Below the pieces are notes generated by a model. That model was not told the origin of the DNA. It saw nothing but the letters and a program-made list of their open reading frames with translations, and did not search any database. Shown in pieces: positions 46,139-60,900 of a stretch of DNA of 64,000 bases. The position numbers and the translations under genes are program-made. Origin of the DNA: Amphiscolops sp. MND2022 (lineage: Eukaryota); NCBI GenBank assembly GCA_964187785.1, contig OZ076409.1:56484001-56548000 (forward strand). The letters are read 5' to 3'. Within the stretch, counting starts at the first letter, position 1, and every line of letters starts with the position of its first letter.

Positions 46139-46720
46139 TTTTTTAGTTGGCGTTTTCGAAAAAAATGCACGACTCTTAAAGTGGTTAGTTTTTTTCGTCA
46201 GTTCAACGCGATCGGTCCATTTTTTCTGTTCAGGCATTCAGAAGCTTCAGACTTTCAGAAGGAGAACGTAGGGTTCGAAACTCGCACTAAACCACAAGTT
46301 TTTTAATGTTTCCAAAAGTAAAGGGTAGATCAAAGGGTCCCCTTTTGGAGTTTTTTCGACACTATGTGACTCTTTGCCGAAAATTTTTGAATTCTATCAA
46401 AGGGTACCCCCTTAATTTTTTAAAAGTTGTCAGTTTGTAAAAAACGTTTAATTAGCTTAAAGGGTCTCTTTTTGGGTTTTTCCGCATTATGCGACTTTTT
46501 CTACCAAATACTTTCTGTGAAAAATTTAAATTTTTCCCAAAGGCAAATAGTTTTTTTGATGTTTCCAGTGTATTAAAAACTGTTTTCGAGTTTCGGGGAA
46601 AACCCTTTAGGGATTTTTCGGCACTGTAGGATAAATGAAAAATTTCACAATAGGCCGAGTTTTTCCTCGATTATTATTTAGTCTTGATGTGCCGCCGACT
46701 TGGGCCGTTCCGAGCTTGTT
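46139..46720 (+). mobile_element. Helentron-like family A copy with an identifiable empty site
   Basis: TTTTTTAGTTGGCG...GCCGACTTGGGCCGTTCCGAGCTTGTT. Its flanks join to match the uninterrupted paralogue at 11870-12000. Confidence 0.78.
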
Positions 46721-47312
46721 AAATAGAGAGACATGATCCAATGAATGAATGATTATTGAGTTCACTTCTCAAAAAACGGAAGGTTAAAGGTGTTTCAGAG
46801 AATAGCACAGACCTGTAAAAATTGAAATTGTAAATTTTCGACACAATATCAGCTGCTTTGCAACTTGGATTTTTCAAAATCTCAAACACTAGATTAGGTT
46901 TTTAGTGAAAAAAATTGCACAATGCCGAAAAAAGTCAATCTTTTTTCCGTTTTGTGATTAGGATAGTTCACAATCAAATAACCTTGCGAAGTTTATAAAA
47001 CTACTACTTGTATTTCATTGACTTCAGGGGATCATATCAAGAACTATTCTAATCAAGGGCAGAGAGTCAAAAAAATAAGGTGGGGTGCCATTCTTTACAA
47101 CACAACAACTCCGTCTTATTTTGCACCATAAATTACCTCTCTTCCAAATATTTGTAGACAAGCTTTGCCAAATATTTTGTCGACACTTTCAAATGGCTTC
47201 CAACCGACACACAAAATTGGAAAATACTCCAAAAACCAGTGGCTGATTCGGATGATTTCTTTCCCCCACATGAAACACGAGCGAACACCAATAATGATCC
47301 AAGATTTGCCCG

Positions 47313-48001
47313 TTTTTAGTCGGCGCGTTTTCCTTTAAAGAAAAAAGCACGAATATTACAGTGACTATTTTTGTTCATCAGAGAACAAAATGTATGCGTA
47401 GTGGACACTTTTTATAGAGCTACTAAACCACTGGATCGGCAGCTGGAAACACATCTAAGTTAGTGCAAAGGGTCCCCCATTTCATTTGTTCCATTTTTAA
47501 CATAAGATGCAAAACCGGACGAGACTATAGGGTCCTCCCTTTGAATTTTTTTGGCACTGTTCGACTTTTTTCGATTTTTTTTGTCTTCAAAGAGTCCTCT
47601 TCACGTTTTTTAATATTTTGCAACAAACTGAAAGCACAAAGCATCCCCCTTTTACAATTTGAAAAACTTTATGCGTAGTGGACACTTTTTATAGAGCTAC
47701 TAAACCACTGGACCGGCAACCGGAAACGCATCTAAGTAAGTGCAAAGGGTCTCTTATTTCATTTATTCCATTTTTAACATAAGATGCAAAACCGGACGAG
47801 ACTATAGGGTCCTCCCTTTGATTTTTTTTGGCACTGTTCGACGTTTTTTTTTGAATTTTTTTGTCTTCAAAGAGTCCCCTTCACGTTTTCTATTTTTCTG
47901 CAACAAACGGAAAACCCAAAGCGTCCCCCCTTTTACAATTTGAAAAACTTTGCGCTTTTTGAGCTTTAGATAAAGCGCCGATTTTAGACGTTCACGTCTT
48001 G
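47313..48001 (+). mobile_element. Helentron-like family A copy with an internal ~277-bp tandem duplication
   Basis: TTTTTAGTCGGCGCG start and GACGTTCACGTCTTG end. TATGCGTAGTGGACACTTTTTATAGAGC occurs at both 47393 and 47670. Confidence 0.75.
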
Positions 48002-48153
48002 GTATTTGTAGTGGTGGTGGTGGGGAAATGATAGAAAATAAGGTTTATCCACACTAGTTCATAGAAGTGTCAGTCAGAAGCGATGCTCTATTCGCTGTTA
48101 AACACTGTTGAAGACCAAAAATTACGGAATGCATGAAACTTTTAAACTCCTAA

Positions 48154-48654
48154 CCCTAATTGACCTGGGCGTTTTTGCAAATTTTCAAAAAATCTGATCG
48201 AAACTTTTAAATCATTAATATCCTCCCAACTACGCACTTCAGTGAAATGAACTATGAACTATAGCGCGTTTGAAAGGTTTGGTATTGGGATTTTGTTCTT
48301 AGGTAGAGGAGCATCTATCGCCGCGCGCCCCATTCTTCAATTTTAGTTTTTTATGCTTCTTGTTGTGGAATGGTATGGGGTTGCTTTTCTCTATGGGTCA
48401 AGGACTTCGCCAAATGTGGACCTCGCCAAAAGTGGAAATTTGGAAAATTGTAGAAATTTGGACTTTTTGCAAAAAAAAACATTTTTACCAGTTTTGGAGA
48501 CATACTCACTTTTTCTAAAATGTGCCATTCAAATAAATCAAGTTACCAATGAACTGTTGAAGCAAACTGTACTAGAGATTATGGGCTACTGACAGCACAA
48601 ATCAGAAATTGAAAAATGGTAGGGTCCTTTAAAGTACCGCCAGGGTAACTAGGG
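48154..48654. mobile_element. piggyBac-like MITE (degenerate)
   Basis: CTAA|CCCTAATTGACCTGGGCG ... CGCCAGGGTAACTAGGG|TTAA: imperfect TIRs beginning CCC with TTAA-like flanks. Confidence 0.55.
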
Positions 48655-50729
48655 TTAAATTTTCAAACAATTGCCAGAGAACCTTTCGAACGAACTTCGA
48701 GCGCTGCTGCCAATCATTCAAACTGGCAACTTCGTTCCAAGTCAGTGACATGCACTCATCAAACGTTAGAACGGAATGACTGGTAAAGGCGTGTAGATTT
48801 TTCGAACCATTCTAATTGAAGATGTGATTACGTAATAAGAGCTTCAATCAAAATGCTTGACAGAATCTTTGATGGACTTACCTAGTTCACAGATAATACG
48901 ATTTGAAAACGGAAATTTTTGTGCGCACCGTTTCTTCTTGCGTCTACTATAGTATTTTTCTACTCTCTTAAGTTGTTCAGTTTCTGTGAGAAGTCGATCC
49001 AAAGCGTGCCTCTCTCGTGAAAAGTTTAATAAGATCCCCACGCATAAGATGACCACGCATGGTGGTAGCCCTTTAATCCTATTTAGCATCGCGGTACGTA
49101 TTTGCACCACTTAAGATCTGCGAACTTCTAAAAGCACCTGCCCACCGTATGGTAAAGCAAACTCTTGAATAAGATTTTCAGACAATATTGCATAGCATTC
49201 GGCGCCTTTTCACGGATTATTGACGTGATGTCTCCGAAATCCAGAAAATGAGACAAAAAATTCAAAAAAAATAACTTCAGATTTTTCATTTTCCCATTTT
49301 TCGTTTCTGGCTCTTTTAACCCACTGGTGTCAACATCGGGTCAAAGCGGCCTCAGAATGTTTTGAAACATGCTGAAAAGCAAGCAGAGACACGACGCGTG
49401 CAAAGTTTTGGCGCAAGGTCCGGAGCCAGTGCGGCGAAGCCGCACGCCAGCGGATGACTTCGCGCAAAAAACGTTGCGCGCAAGGGGCCCGCGCCTGCCC
49501 CCAGCCCAGCAGTTTAAAAATTGATTTGAAAGCCCTGATGCTCCTCTTTCGAACGCTGTATAAATCGTTTTTCGGACTTGAATAGTTAGGGAGAAAGTTC
49601 AATATATTGCGGTTCAAAAGTTAAGCAACCGATTTTACGATGGATCCAGAAAATTCCACCTCTATTCCGGGTTAATGAAACTTGTCGATAAGTGGAATGA
49701 CGTCACCTGTAGCATTCCACTCTTTATCGCCTCTATTTTCATTCGATGAATCTGAAAAAATTTAAATGGGATGTATTTTTATAGCCTTTTTTGAGAGAAA
49801 ATAATCATGAGATAGGTGACAGTTTGAGCGTTTTTCATTCATTCCGTTCTTTTTCGCTTGATAGAAAAAGGGATGTGACGATAGAACTTATACTCTGCAT
49901 GCATGTATAAGATGAAAATGGGATGAATTTCTGGCACTCAGAATTTTTTTTTGCGTTGATAAAAACATACTGATTACTTATTGATTGACAGTTCCATGGA
50001 CAACAGGGAACCCTGCGTTGTGGCGTTCACCTCTGGGAGAAAACTTGGTCCACTGCAAATCGGTTTTACCCCCAACTTGCTAGTAATCTAGCTGTCAAAG
50101 CCACTCTCGATATCCAAGTCAAAAACCTCATAATTAAATAAGACGAGCCTTAACTAATTTTTCATCACACTCAGTCACACAAAAGTTACAAGTCAAGAAA
50201 CGAGGAAGAAATCGCAGGAGGAAAGCAGGAGGTTTCTTACAACCAAGGTACTCTCTAGTTGTAGGAACTAAAGATAATTGAATGCAGAATTGAGTGAAAG
50301 CAACTAACATTCCAAGACGTACAATGCAAGTTGTATGAATTCGAAAATTACCGGTTTTTCGTGATATATAGGATTTATGACTTTTCCGGGAGGCTTTAAT
50401 TTGAGAGGCAAAAAATTCAGAATAGAGGAAGCAGGAATAATTCATTGAATCACTGCGTTTACACAAAAAAATTCTAATTCAGTCATCAGAAAGGATGTTT
50501 TTATTTTCCCATTTGAATGTAAAGATGGAAAGAACTGATTCTTAACTTGGCATAATTCGGGTCAATCAATCTATGATTAGTAGCAAAAAGTAGAAAAATG
50601 AGTAACTTACTGAGTTTCTTATAAAACCGGTTTTTGAAATTGTTGCAGCTTGGCATAAAAACATTCAGAGCACGCATGAAAACAATGGTATGCGGTCACT
50701 TCACAGAGCAGCAACGGTGCGCAGTCTTA

Positions 50730-51197
50730 CACCATGATTCATGAAAAGCCATCCAATATTCACAGATAACCATCCATGATCCATGGATAACCATCCATGA
50801 TTCTTGGATAACCATCCATGTATCATTGATAACCATTCATGATTCATCTTTCCCTATCCATGATTCATGGATAACCATCCATGATTCATGGATAACCATC
50901 CATGACTCATAAATACATATCCATGATTCATAGATAACCATCCATGATTCATGGATAACCATCCTTGATTCATGGATAACAATCAATGATTCATCGGTAA
51001 CCATCCATGATTCATGGATAACTATCCATGATTCATCGATAACCATCCATGATTCATCGATAACCATCCATGATTCATCGATAACCATCCATGATTCATC
51101 GATAACCATCCAAGATTCATGGATAACCATCCATGATTCATGGATAACAATCCATGATTCCTGGATTACCATCCATGATTCATGCATAACCATTCAT
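50730..51197. repeat. 21-bp minisatellite, about 22 units (CCATCCATGATTCATGGATAA)
   Basis: Direct tandem array. It accounts for the spurious (IHESWMV)n ORF. Confidence 0.95.
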
Positions 51198-52457
51198 TTT
51201 TAAGAAACGCTCAACAAGATTCCTAAATTATCAAAGTCTCAAAAGATTTTCAATAAAATTTTCAATAGAGGTTTTTATGAACGTAATGGCATAGGGTGCT
51301 TCTGAAATTCTTTACCACATTTTTTGAAGCCGCTTTTTTTCCAGAACGTCTCGGTCGCACATTTAATTAAATAACTTGCTGTCTTTTAGCAAACATCTTA
51401 TGGCACTATTTTGCAAAGTTTTCACACTTTGGCGGCCATTATGCCTCGATAAGATTCCTACTAAGATAATTTGTTAATTAAAAATCGGACTTTGCCAAGA
51501 TTCCGAAAGTTCGATTAAAGAGCTATGAATCACTTTTCCAATTTGCTCAACTCTGGTAACGAGTTTCAACGGATTTGTTAGTTTCCCGTGAAAAGGTAAA
51601 TCTGCGAAAAAAGAGTATGCAAATAATCGCTCCTAAGTGGCTAGTGATCTTCATTCCAGAACATTCTTCCAGGAAAACTTTATTAGGGATATACTTCAAG
51701 TTTCCCGGCAAAAGTTTCAACCTATTTTTTTATTTTTGACATACAAAATATTTTTGTTACCAGTGCCTTTAAAAGCCACAGGAATAACCTCCACAATCTT
51801 CGGATATGAACCCAATCGAAAAACTATGGCAAATGGTCAAGCATTAATTGTTACTGTATCCGCAATGTCCTCGGAGCCTTGCTGAGCTGTGGGAAAGGGT
51901 GCAAGACGAATGGAAATAAATACCAATTGACACTTATCAAATTATTATTGAGCGCATGTTGAAGGGAATAAACGCAGTTTTGAAGGCACATGGCGGTCAC
52001 ACCAAAAACTAATACTCTGTTCCTGTGTTTTATCAATGTTTGTTGCTGCATGAAAAATCCTTGTCTGAATAGTTTCTAAAGAACACAACCAGACACGAAA
52101 TTGTGAGAATATTAATTTTGAATAAGTATTTGAGAGTAGATAAAAGAACCTAAAATACTAAATTCACGCAGCCTCCATAATTATACTATAATTTTTGTCC
52201 TGGATTCCACGACTTTCCTCAATTTTCGTGTCCCGGATTCCACGAAAAGCAGCAAAATAGCTTGCCTATGCACTGTAATGTATCCGTGTGCCATAATATA
52301 TCTGGGGGTTAACTACATTAAAGGAATAAATAAAGAAATAACTTTTTATATTCCTAATTTTTTGTTACAATTTCGTAAGGCAATGTACTTCTCAAATATA
52401 CGTACAAGTATCTGAAAAGCATGATACTTTTTTAAGGCTTGCATGCTTTCAAATGAA

Positions 52458-54730
52458 AACAAGACGCCGGCCGAGCAGCGAGATATTTTCCGCCCCAACC
52501 CGTTGTACAACTATATAAATTTGAGGCTAAAGAACAGCCAATGCACTACGAAAAAAGCTTTGATTCACCTCAGTCCATTTTTAAAGCCAACACCTATTTT
52601 GTTATTTCTACAATAGCTGCAAACTTTTTGTTTTTTCGGCACTATGCAACTTTTCGCGTGAAGAGAAACTTTTCGAAGACAATTTTCGAAAAACATTTCT
52701 CACAAATTTTAGTTTTTGAGGCTTTCTGTAAAAGAAATAAGTTTCCCGAGTCTTGGGGGTGACCTCTTTGTTACTTTTGATAATTTGGAACTGATGAGTT
52801 TTCTTGATGACTTTGGGAAATGCCTCTCTTCATTTTTTGGGTAAATCCCAAGTTTTCTTCCTACTTCGGTAACTGCAAACACATTTTCCCTTCGAAGGTT
52901 TACTCCATATCTAGTGAATTTATTTGCAGCTTTTTGAACATTGATAATTTCACAAAAAAGGTTGGAAAAGAATTTTACGTTTTCAAAAAAATGTTTGAAA
53001 AATTGTGCACAAAAACTTGTCTGGTATCTTTCCGAAACACTACCGACAGCTACACGTTTCAATCCTGAGCATATGGGTTTTCTTAAGGAAGTAAATTTTC
53101 GGAAAAGTTCCAAAATTGTTACTTGAATGTCGAATTATTAGAAAATTCGGAAATTCAGACAACTCTGTTGTAAACTCGAAGAACTTCATCGTACTTTCTT
53201 TTTCAAATTCCGTTTTGAATATCTTATTGTTTCAACGTTCAGGTAAATGGAAATTCTGTTCCACAAATTTTTCGTGGTTTGAGCAAAAATTTGGATTGAT
53301 TTGTCAAAAAACGTGCTTTTTGTCGTTTGTTTGATTTTGGGGTGTTTTTGAGGGCAATTCCAAAAACATTGCAGTTAAATCTTCAAAAATGCCTACTGGA
53401 TACAGGGATAAGTCGTTACTGAGTTTTTTACACCTCTTTATACAAGATGTAGCTCAAAAGTTGAACAAAAAAGTGCAAAAAAATGTTTTAAGAATAGACA
53501 ACTCTCAGTTTTTGCAATATTTGGGTCATTCTTAGGAAACTTTCTGGCATAAAATATGCAAATTTTTCTTCACAAAACGTGCTGCGGACCTAATTTTATT
53601 ATCTTAAGCTTTTGGACTTTTTTATCTTTCTATGTTTCCATTGTCAAACGTTTCTAGTCTCACATAAAAATTCACTGGAAATGTTCGAAAGAGGCAAAAT
53701 TTTGACTATTTTCCAACGAGGTCTGCAAATTTTTCCTCAGAAGCCTACTGGATTATTAATTCCATCCTTGTTGAACGTTTGCCAACATTCTGACTAGTGT
53801 TTTTGGAGCGAAACGCTGCAACGTACTCCTCAAATAATGTACTGCATAGCTTTCGTTTTTTTCGTCTTGACTGTGTTAGAACTTATAACGAAAGCTCTCG
53901 GAAATTGTACAGAAATTGCATTAAAACAACAAAAACTTTAAGTTTATCGACACTTTCTGAGTCATTTCGAGGCATTTTCTATTACAAATTGTATTTATCT
54001 CTCAACGATAGCTCACTGAAACGAGGATTCCTTCCATTGTTCAAGGGGTTTTAACATTCTAGTCCACAAAGTCCATCGATAATTTGACAAAAACTGCATA
54101 AAAACATTGAAAATTTGAAAATTATTGGTTTTTTTTTGCTCATTTTGGATGTCACTGAGATGATTTTCATTCAGAAAACTGCAAAGATCTCTTCATAAAA
54201 GACTACTAGACAACAATTTTTTTCCTTGTTGACCCTTCTTAACATTCCACTCGAAGAAGTCTGTCATAAATTTGACAAAAACTGCATAAAAACTGCAAAA
54301 AACTGCATCAAAGTTTGAAAATTTTGGGTTTTTTGTCAAATTCGGTGCCAATTTGAGACTTTTTCAAATTGAAAACCGCAGTTAACTCTTCGGAAAAGCC
54401 TACTGGACAACAAATTCGTGCCTTGTTGAACGTTTTCAACATTCTAATCCACGATGGTTATCCAAAAAATGACCAGAATTGCACAAAAAGGTTGAAAATT
54501 GGGAATTTTTTGAATTTTTGTCATTTTCGGGGTCATTTTGGGTTATCATGGGGTCATTTTCGTCATTCCCAAAAAAGTTCAAAAATCTCTACAAGTACAT
54601 TTCTCACGAAGCTAAATTTACGTGACGCCCTTTAAGGTGAATATAAATTTCGTGCTTGACAAATTTTGTAGAAAAACCCGTTCGATTTAAAGATTTTCCT
54701 TTTCCATATGAACTATGGGCGGAAAATAAT
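52458..54730 (-). mobile_element. Long Helentron-like non-autonomous element (family B) with an internal degenerate tandem array
   Basis: AACAAG start plus a GC stem. Perfect 12-bp subterminal inverted repeats TATTTTCCGCCC (52484-52495) and GGGCGGAAAATA (54717-54728), the latter within a hairpin. Repeated CCTACTGGA...CCTTGTTGAAC units occur at 53380-54500. Confidence 0.6.
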
Positions 54731-57700
54731 AAATAAATCAAAATTTAAAATAATTTGTCATATTGTTGTGTACATTACGCTGAAATGTCATGATTTTGGC
54801 GAGTAGACATGTAATAATCTTTTAAATGGTCACTTGCGATCAATTTTGAAAAGATTTACTTTAAGACATAAATATGACTGAGAGAATATTATTGACATGA
54901 AAGGAGAATTGAACACAAAAAGCAATTGTGAAATTTAATCTGGTTTTCAAAGGGAAATGCTTTCATCATTAGTGGAAGCTGAATGCCATTTTTCCGGCAT
55001 ATTTTTCTGCAGTCTAGCTTTTTCCTTTTTCATTTTCATTGATTATCGCTAACACCTAAAACCGAAACTAAAGTATTAGCTTCAAAATTTGTACCTTTCA
55101 TGTTTGAGACTAAAGACTAAAAGTTGCAATCTAAAAAATTGAATCGCGAAAACATTCTACAAGTTCAATAACGAGAAAAACGGCTTCTTTGCTGTATCCG
55201 AGCAGCATCGTATTCCCTCAACACAATCAGACAATACATTCAACTTTCAGACAGGAAATTCCAGAAGACACTTGAGACTTGAGGAAGTCGTCAGTTCTTA
55301 AAGATACCGTCATCATACCTTCATAAAGTCTCACTGAATTAGATCCTTTCTGTTTTTTTTCCAGGAGAAACTGCGTCTCTGATACCCTTTGAGCGTCTTT
55401 GTATGAAAGTCAAATGAAAATAGATAAATTGACTTCGTAGTGACAAATGTTCAGGTGCTTTTGATTGTTATGGCCTCTTTATTGTTACCGGTCCATTCTA
55501 ATTAGAGGTTACGTCAGACATTAGGAGTCTTTCAGTCTGCCGAGCGGCCATTCTCTACTCTTTTTATGAAAAACAGAAAGTTTCGCGCCAAGCTAGAAAA
55601 AACAAAAATGGAAATATTCCGTGTATTAGATTTGAGATGAAATTTTCCGCAAAAAATTGAGAGAGGGGGAAGTTTTATATATTGGGGAAGTCGTAAATCT
55701 TATCAATCAATAAAAGAAACTCAAATATTCATTTTCAGCAAAAATTTTAATCAAATGGAATCAGAATTTGAGTGATGTCATACGCTAAACCAAAACTGTT
55801 TTTAAAGTTTTTTTCAGTTGGCTCTCTTTATTTCTTTATACCTTTATACGTGCATGACCTTCAAATATCCAGGTCAACCATCTTGGGTCGTTTTCGGCAT
55901 TTCATCCACTACCTTGACTTTTTCAAGGACAGGTTTTCAATTTCATGGAAATGTATGACCACAACTTTGATGAATCCTGGATACCACTCCAACCAAGATC
56001 ATAAAGATCGACTCATGAAGATCGATCTTCAGCGAACCCATGAGTCATGGATGATACCCTCTGTTATTCTCAACGGTACTATAGAATTATACAAATTATA
56101 GAATTTGTATATATTTATATAATTTTACAATGTAGAAACTTCTTATTGTGTAACTCAAGAAACAATGATCATACATAAATAAACTTTGGTATTTCGTACA
56201 GGTTTCCTTGATCCTAAAATGACTGCTGAAACTATTAATTGTAGAAGGAAGCAAAGTTGATATCAATCTTTCTAACTATCCCACGACAAAATAATCTCAG
56301 CTGTTTTTCCGAGCAGAAAAATGGAGAAAATTTTTTGCTCAGAAAAAATCTCGAGAATTAGGGTTATTTTTTTCTCAGAACCCATAAGCAGGAATCTACT
56401 CAGCTTGCAGGAATAAAAACAAGTGGGTGTTAGAGACTCCTAGCCGCTCTTTGTCTAGGAGTCAGGAGGAAACATCTGATATGATAAGTTGCAAGCAGTT
56501 AGGGGAATCAAGATTTTATCGCAGATCAAATATCTTGATAACGGAAATCTCCAGTCTCCCGCTTACCGCCTGCTTTCCGGTTTCGCCTTTTCTCTGAAAT
56601 ATTGTGACGCTTGCATTTTGTGTGAATGGTACTAAATTCCGCCGAGTCAAATTTCAGTTCTTTAAAAGAGAATGAACCTAGCAATTTGGGATCCAATGAT
56701 CGGAACATTACATCAGAGTCGACATATGACGAGTTTAAATGGAAAAGTTTTGGCTGATAATTTCGACGGAAAGATGAAAACTCAAGGTCGATCGAACCTT
56801 AAACTTTCTGTTTTATACATACTTACTGTATTTTCACTACACCAATCTCAAGCCGCAAACCTAATAAAGCGTATATGCATGATTCAATTGAACAAGACCA
56901 TTTTCACTTGACCAGATCTTTCAATTTGGCCTAGTTTGGAATTTTCATCAAGCCAAATTTCTGTTACAAAGGTATTGAAACAATCTAATCAACAACAATT
57001 GCCGGTAGAACTACTGTAATCACCACATAGATGCAAACGTCCCCTTTGTTGTGGAAAATTGTACCAAACGTTTTACAAGTTTTAGTGAACGTTTGTACAT
57101 TAGTGACAAAACGTTGTAAGTGTTGATGTAAAATTTCTTAGATGAATATGCCTTGTGATGACTAACTTGGAATGAAGACCACTTAGTACAATAGTGTAAG
57201 AAATAAAGTGAACCTTTATTTGTAAAAAAAGAATTGGACCAAAACAAAACTAGCTCTGATTTATTCTATCATCCAAGTTATTTGAGAATAAATTTAACAA
57301 ACATTCTAAAGTTTTGTTGGGTTTTTGAAATATAGCTTCGCAAATAATGAAGAAACTTCCTAATTTAAATTTTCAATGACTGTATTTACTACTGAATTCG
57401 CATATGGGACAACATTTTGAAGAATTCTGTAAGATTTGGCACATAAATTGAAATTTTTGTTTGTTTGGCAGGCATTTGTTTATTTACTGAAGCCATTCAA
57501 CTATTTTACATCAAGATAATAGGAATAATGTAGTTTCTGAAAGGGGTTTTCTATTATTTTATTTCATTTACTATCTTAATACTCGGGCACAGCTCTTTTT
57601 CGCAAAGATTGGGGATAATGTTTTCTGTTTTAGATTCTTAACCGATAAAATTAATATCAAGAGAATCTGCCAATTAGAGCGATTGTACCCATTATCTTAG

Positions 57701-57948
57701 ACAATGAATTTGTCCTTCCCGTCTCTTAAATTCATGGGTAAAATAGAGAATGAACGAAATCCCCTTGTAAAATGCTAGCTCTGTTTACATGCAGTCCAAA
57801 TCATTTCTTACAAATGAGGGTTCAGTTCATTTCTAACACCATTGTATCACCTGACATCATTCTTAGTTGAGCGCCGTGGAACAGTCGACTGTGGCAAGAT
57901 GTGAAGTTTGTTGTCACAGACTGGCATACATTTTGCAGCGAACTTTTA

Positions 57949-60900
57949 CATCAATACCGAGATTCCCAAGTCTAAAAAGTTTATGAGCAAACACGGGAGG
58001 TGAAAATTTCGTCGCCAGAAACCTCGTTGTCAAAATTTTTGTCGTAGCAAATTTCGTCGTATTAGTAAAACCAGAAATTTCGTCGTCAGAAATCATTAAT
58101 CAATTGCGATCAAAATCTCTGCTCCATTGTTGAGATGAAATGAATAATCGGAATCTGCATGATACTCGACATTCTGTGAAAGAGATTACTACCCATAACT
58201 TGCAGTCGATCGGTCAAGAAAATATTTAATAACTGAACAAGACGAGAACGTCTTCAAAAGTCGCCATATCTAAGGCTCAAAAAGCGCAAAACAGTTTTTT
58301 AGAAAAAAACTTGGGAATTTTTGAAAAAATTTTTTCTTTCAAAAAAAGTCGTATAGTGCCGAAGAATATAAAAGGAAGACCCTTCTGGATTTATTAACAT
58401 ACATTCCGTTGCAAAATGTCAAAAACCTCGAAGGGGTAGCCTTTGGGGACATTACAAAATTTTCGAAAAATAGTCGCACAGTGCCAAAAAAATCCGATGG
58501 GGGGACCCTTTAGGTACGTCCGGTTTTGTGGGTTTCCTTGAAAAAGTAAATAAAAAGTAAAAAACCAAAGGGGGGACCGTTTGGAATAACTTAGATGCGT
58601 TTCCGGGGTATTCGTTTAGTTGAAGATACTGAACGTTAACGTTCGTCGCTTCGAGTCTGTCTTAAATAAAAAAAAAGAAAAACGACGAGTGACTGTATTA
58701 GTCGGGCTTTTTTCTTAAGAAAAGCACTGTCAAAAACACTCTACGCAAAGGCTACAATTGGTTGACTAGTATGGATCTGCTTCCCTCTAACCTAACCACA
58801 TTAACTGAATATCAAACAAAACGCAATTTCAAAACTATCTGGACCTGGTACATCAAGGACAGTCAGCACTTGAAAAACTTGTTTTCAATTGCATTTTGTT
58901 GAAACGTGTTTTGTTTCTTCATTTCACTGCGCAAACTTACTGTTTTTTCATTACCTTTTTTATCCGATGTAAAAACATAATACACGTGATGACCAATATT
59001 GAAAATAGTGTTTAGGTTGCTGCATAACTGATTCTCAGGGCAGAGCCTCGACGAGCTGTATAAGCTCTTTCTCTGTCCTTTTTAGATACTATCAATGTAT
59101 TTATCCCAAAGTATACCAAGACACCAAAAAACAGAACTGTGATTAAGAAAACGTTCCCCGGGGCGACTTTAGGCTCGATTTTCCCGAAATCTTTGAAAAA
59201 CATCGGAATTAAAAGTTTCTTAGATTTTCATCTACTTTGTATTAGTGTTTTTTAACTTCTTCTGGGACAAAAAATGAGAAAGTTACGCTTAGCTAATTTT
59301 GAGCATTTTCGGGACTTTTTTGGGTTTTCGAATTTTGGGATTGGAAAAAGAACCTGGGGGGTTGGTAAGGAACACTTTTTCTCTCAAAACCATAACCAAA
59401 AGTAGTCAATGATAGTAATAATTGCAGAATTAATGATGATTATTGCGATAATTATCAAAATTCGATAACTATTAAGACTTAATAATAATAATAGACAATT
59501 CCAAATAATTTAGATAAAATGCGACGGTTTATAGAACGTAATTACCGACGACGAAATTTCCGACGACGGAATTTATGGTAACTGCAAATACGTATCACGC
59601 GAACCCGTAAAAGACGAGCACAAAAATCATAACACAATATGACCCAGTATCTTTGAACTGATATGTTATAGTTAACCTGTTGAAAAAGATAACGAAGACT
59701 TTTTTCAGCTCTCAGATTAGCACAGTGGCTTTACTAGATAGAATAAATATAAACTTAAAATGAAAGAAAATGGGAAGTTTTTGACCGAATAATTCAATTG
59801 AGTGTCATCAACGCAAAAAAATCTTGAAGGTTGAGGTAGTCTTCTATAGCTGGACTTTATTCCTACAGCACTAACTGATACAAAATAAGCAAAAACAACT
59901 TTTCGATATTTTTAGGGTTTTCACAAATTTTGTTACGATTCCTATAGGTGTACCAAGTCATTCACATATATGTGCATGAAAAGAATCTCACCATATATAA
60001 CTTCCAAAAATTTCAAGAGAAAAAATAACAACTCTGATTGAGTATAAACAAAAACAGTCGCCTACTGTATACCATTCAAGAAGCTTGCCGACAGATAAGT
60101 TTTTGGAGAGTGAGCTGGGTTACAAATTGCCACCAGAAAGTTCGTTGTGCCAACAATGTTTGGACAGAATTGACTAATTAATCGAAATTTCATCAATGAT
60201 CAAAAACTTGGAATCAAACATTTATATGTCATATTCAACAAAACAAAGAACCTCCGAATGAAAAGCGTTTTTGCTATTTTAGTTGGTGTTATAAATTCGC
60301 CTGCCAAACCATACCTATTATCATTGAAGGGTTTGAATAGTACAGGGGCCTTTGTTTCTCAGTATCTTATGGAAAATCTTTACACAGTGTTGAATGTCAA
60401 AGCATTTCAGTTTCGACTCTTGGTTACGGATAGGGCAGACTGGTGCATCAAGACAGGTCAAACCTTGAAATCCATTTTTTCCAAATCTGTTGCACGTAAC
60501 CAGTGTAGTTCATGCAACACATTTGGCAATGGAAGATGCGAGACATGGAATTTCTCACGCAAACGATTTCATTTCATCTCTCGAATCAGCTCTGTAAAAG
60601 TGCACAGACAGGCGCCTAACTTCCCAGTATCAATTCCACCCTGACCGGTACTAACGCGGTGTGGCACTTGGGGTAAATTTGGCATCAATACCAAGATTCC
60701 CAAGTCGAAAAATTTTATGAGCAAACACGGGAGGTGAAAATTTCGTCGCCAGAAACCTCGTTGTCAAAATTTTTGTCGTAGCAAATTTCGTCGTATTAGT
60801 AAAACCAGAAATTTCGTCGTCAGAAATCATTAATCAATTGCGATCAAAATCTCTGCTCCCTTGTTGAGATGAAATGAATAATCGGAATCTGCATGATACT

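Noticed and set aside
49316..49676. GC-rich segment bounded by TTAA-CCC...GGG-TTAA as a possible piggyBac MITE
   Set aside because: The inverted repeat does not extend beyond CCC/GGG, which is insufficient support.
50837..51193. 118-aa repetitive ORF (IHESWMV)n
   Set aside because: By-product of the 21-bp minisatellite.
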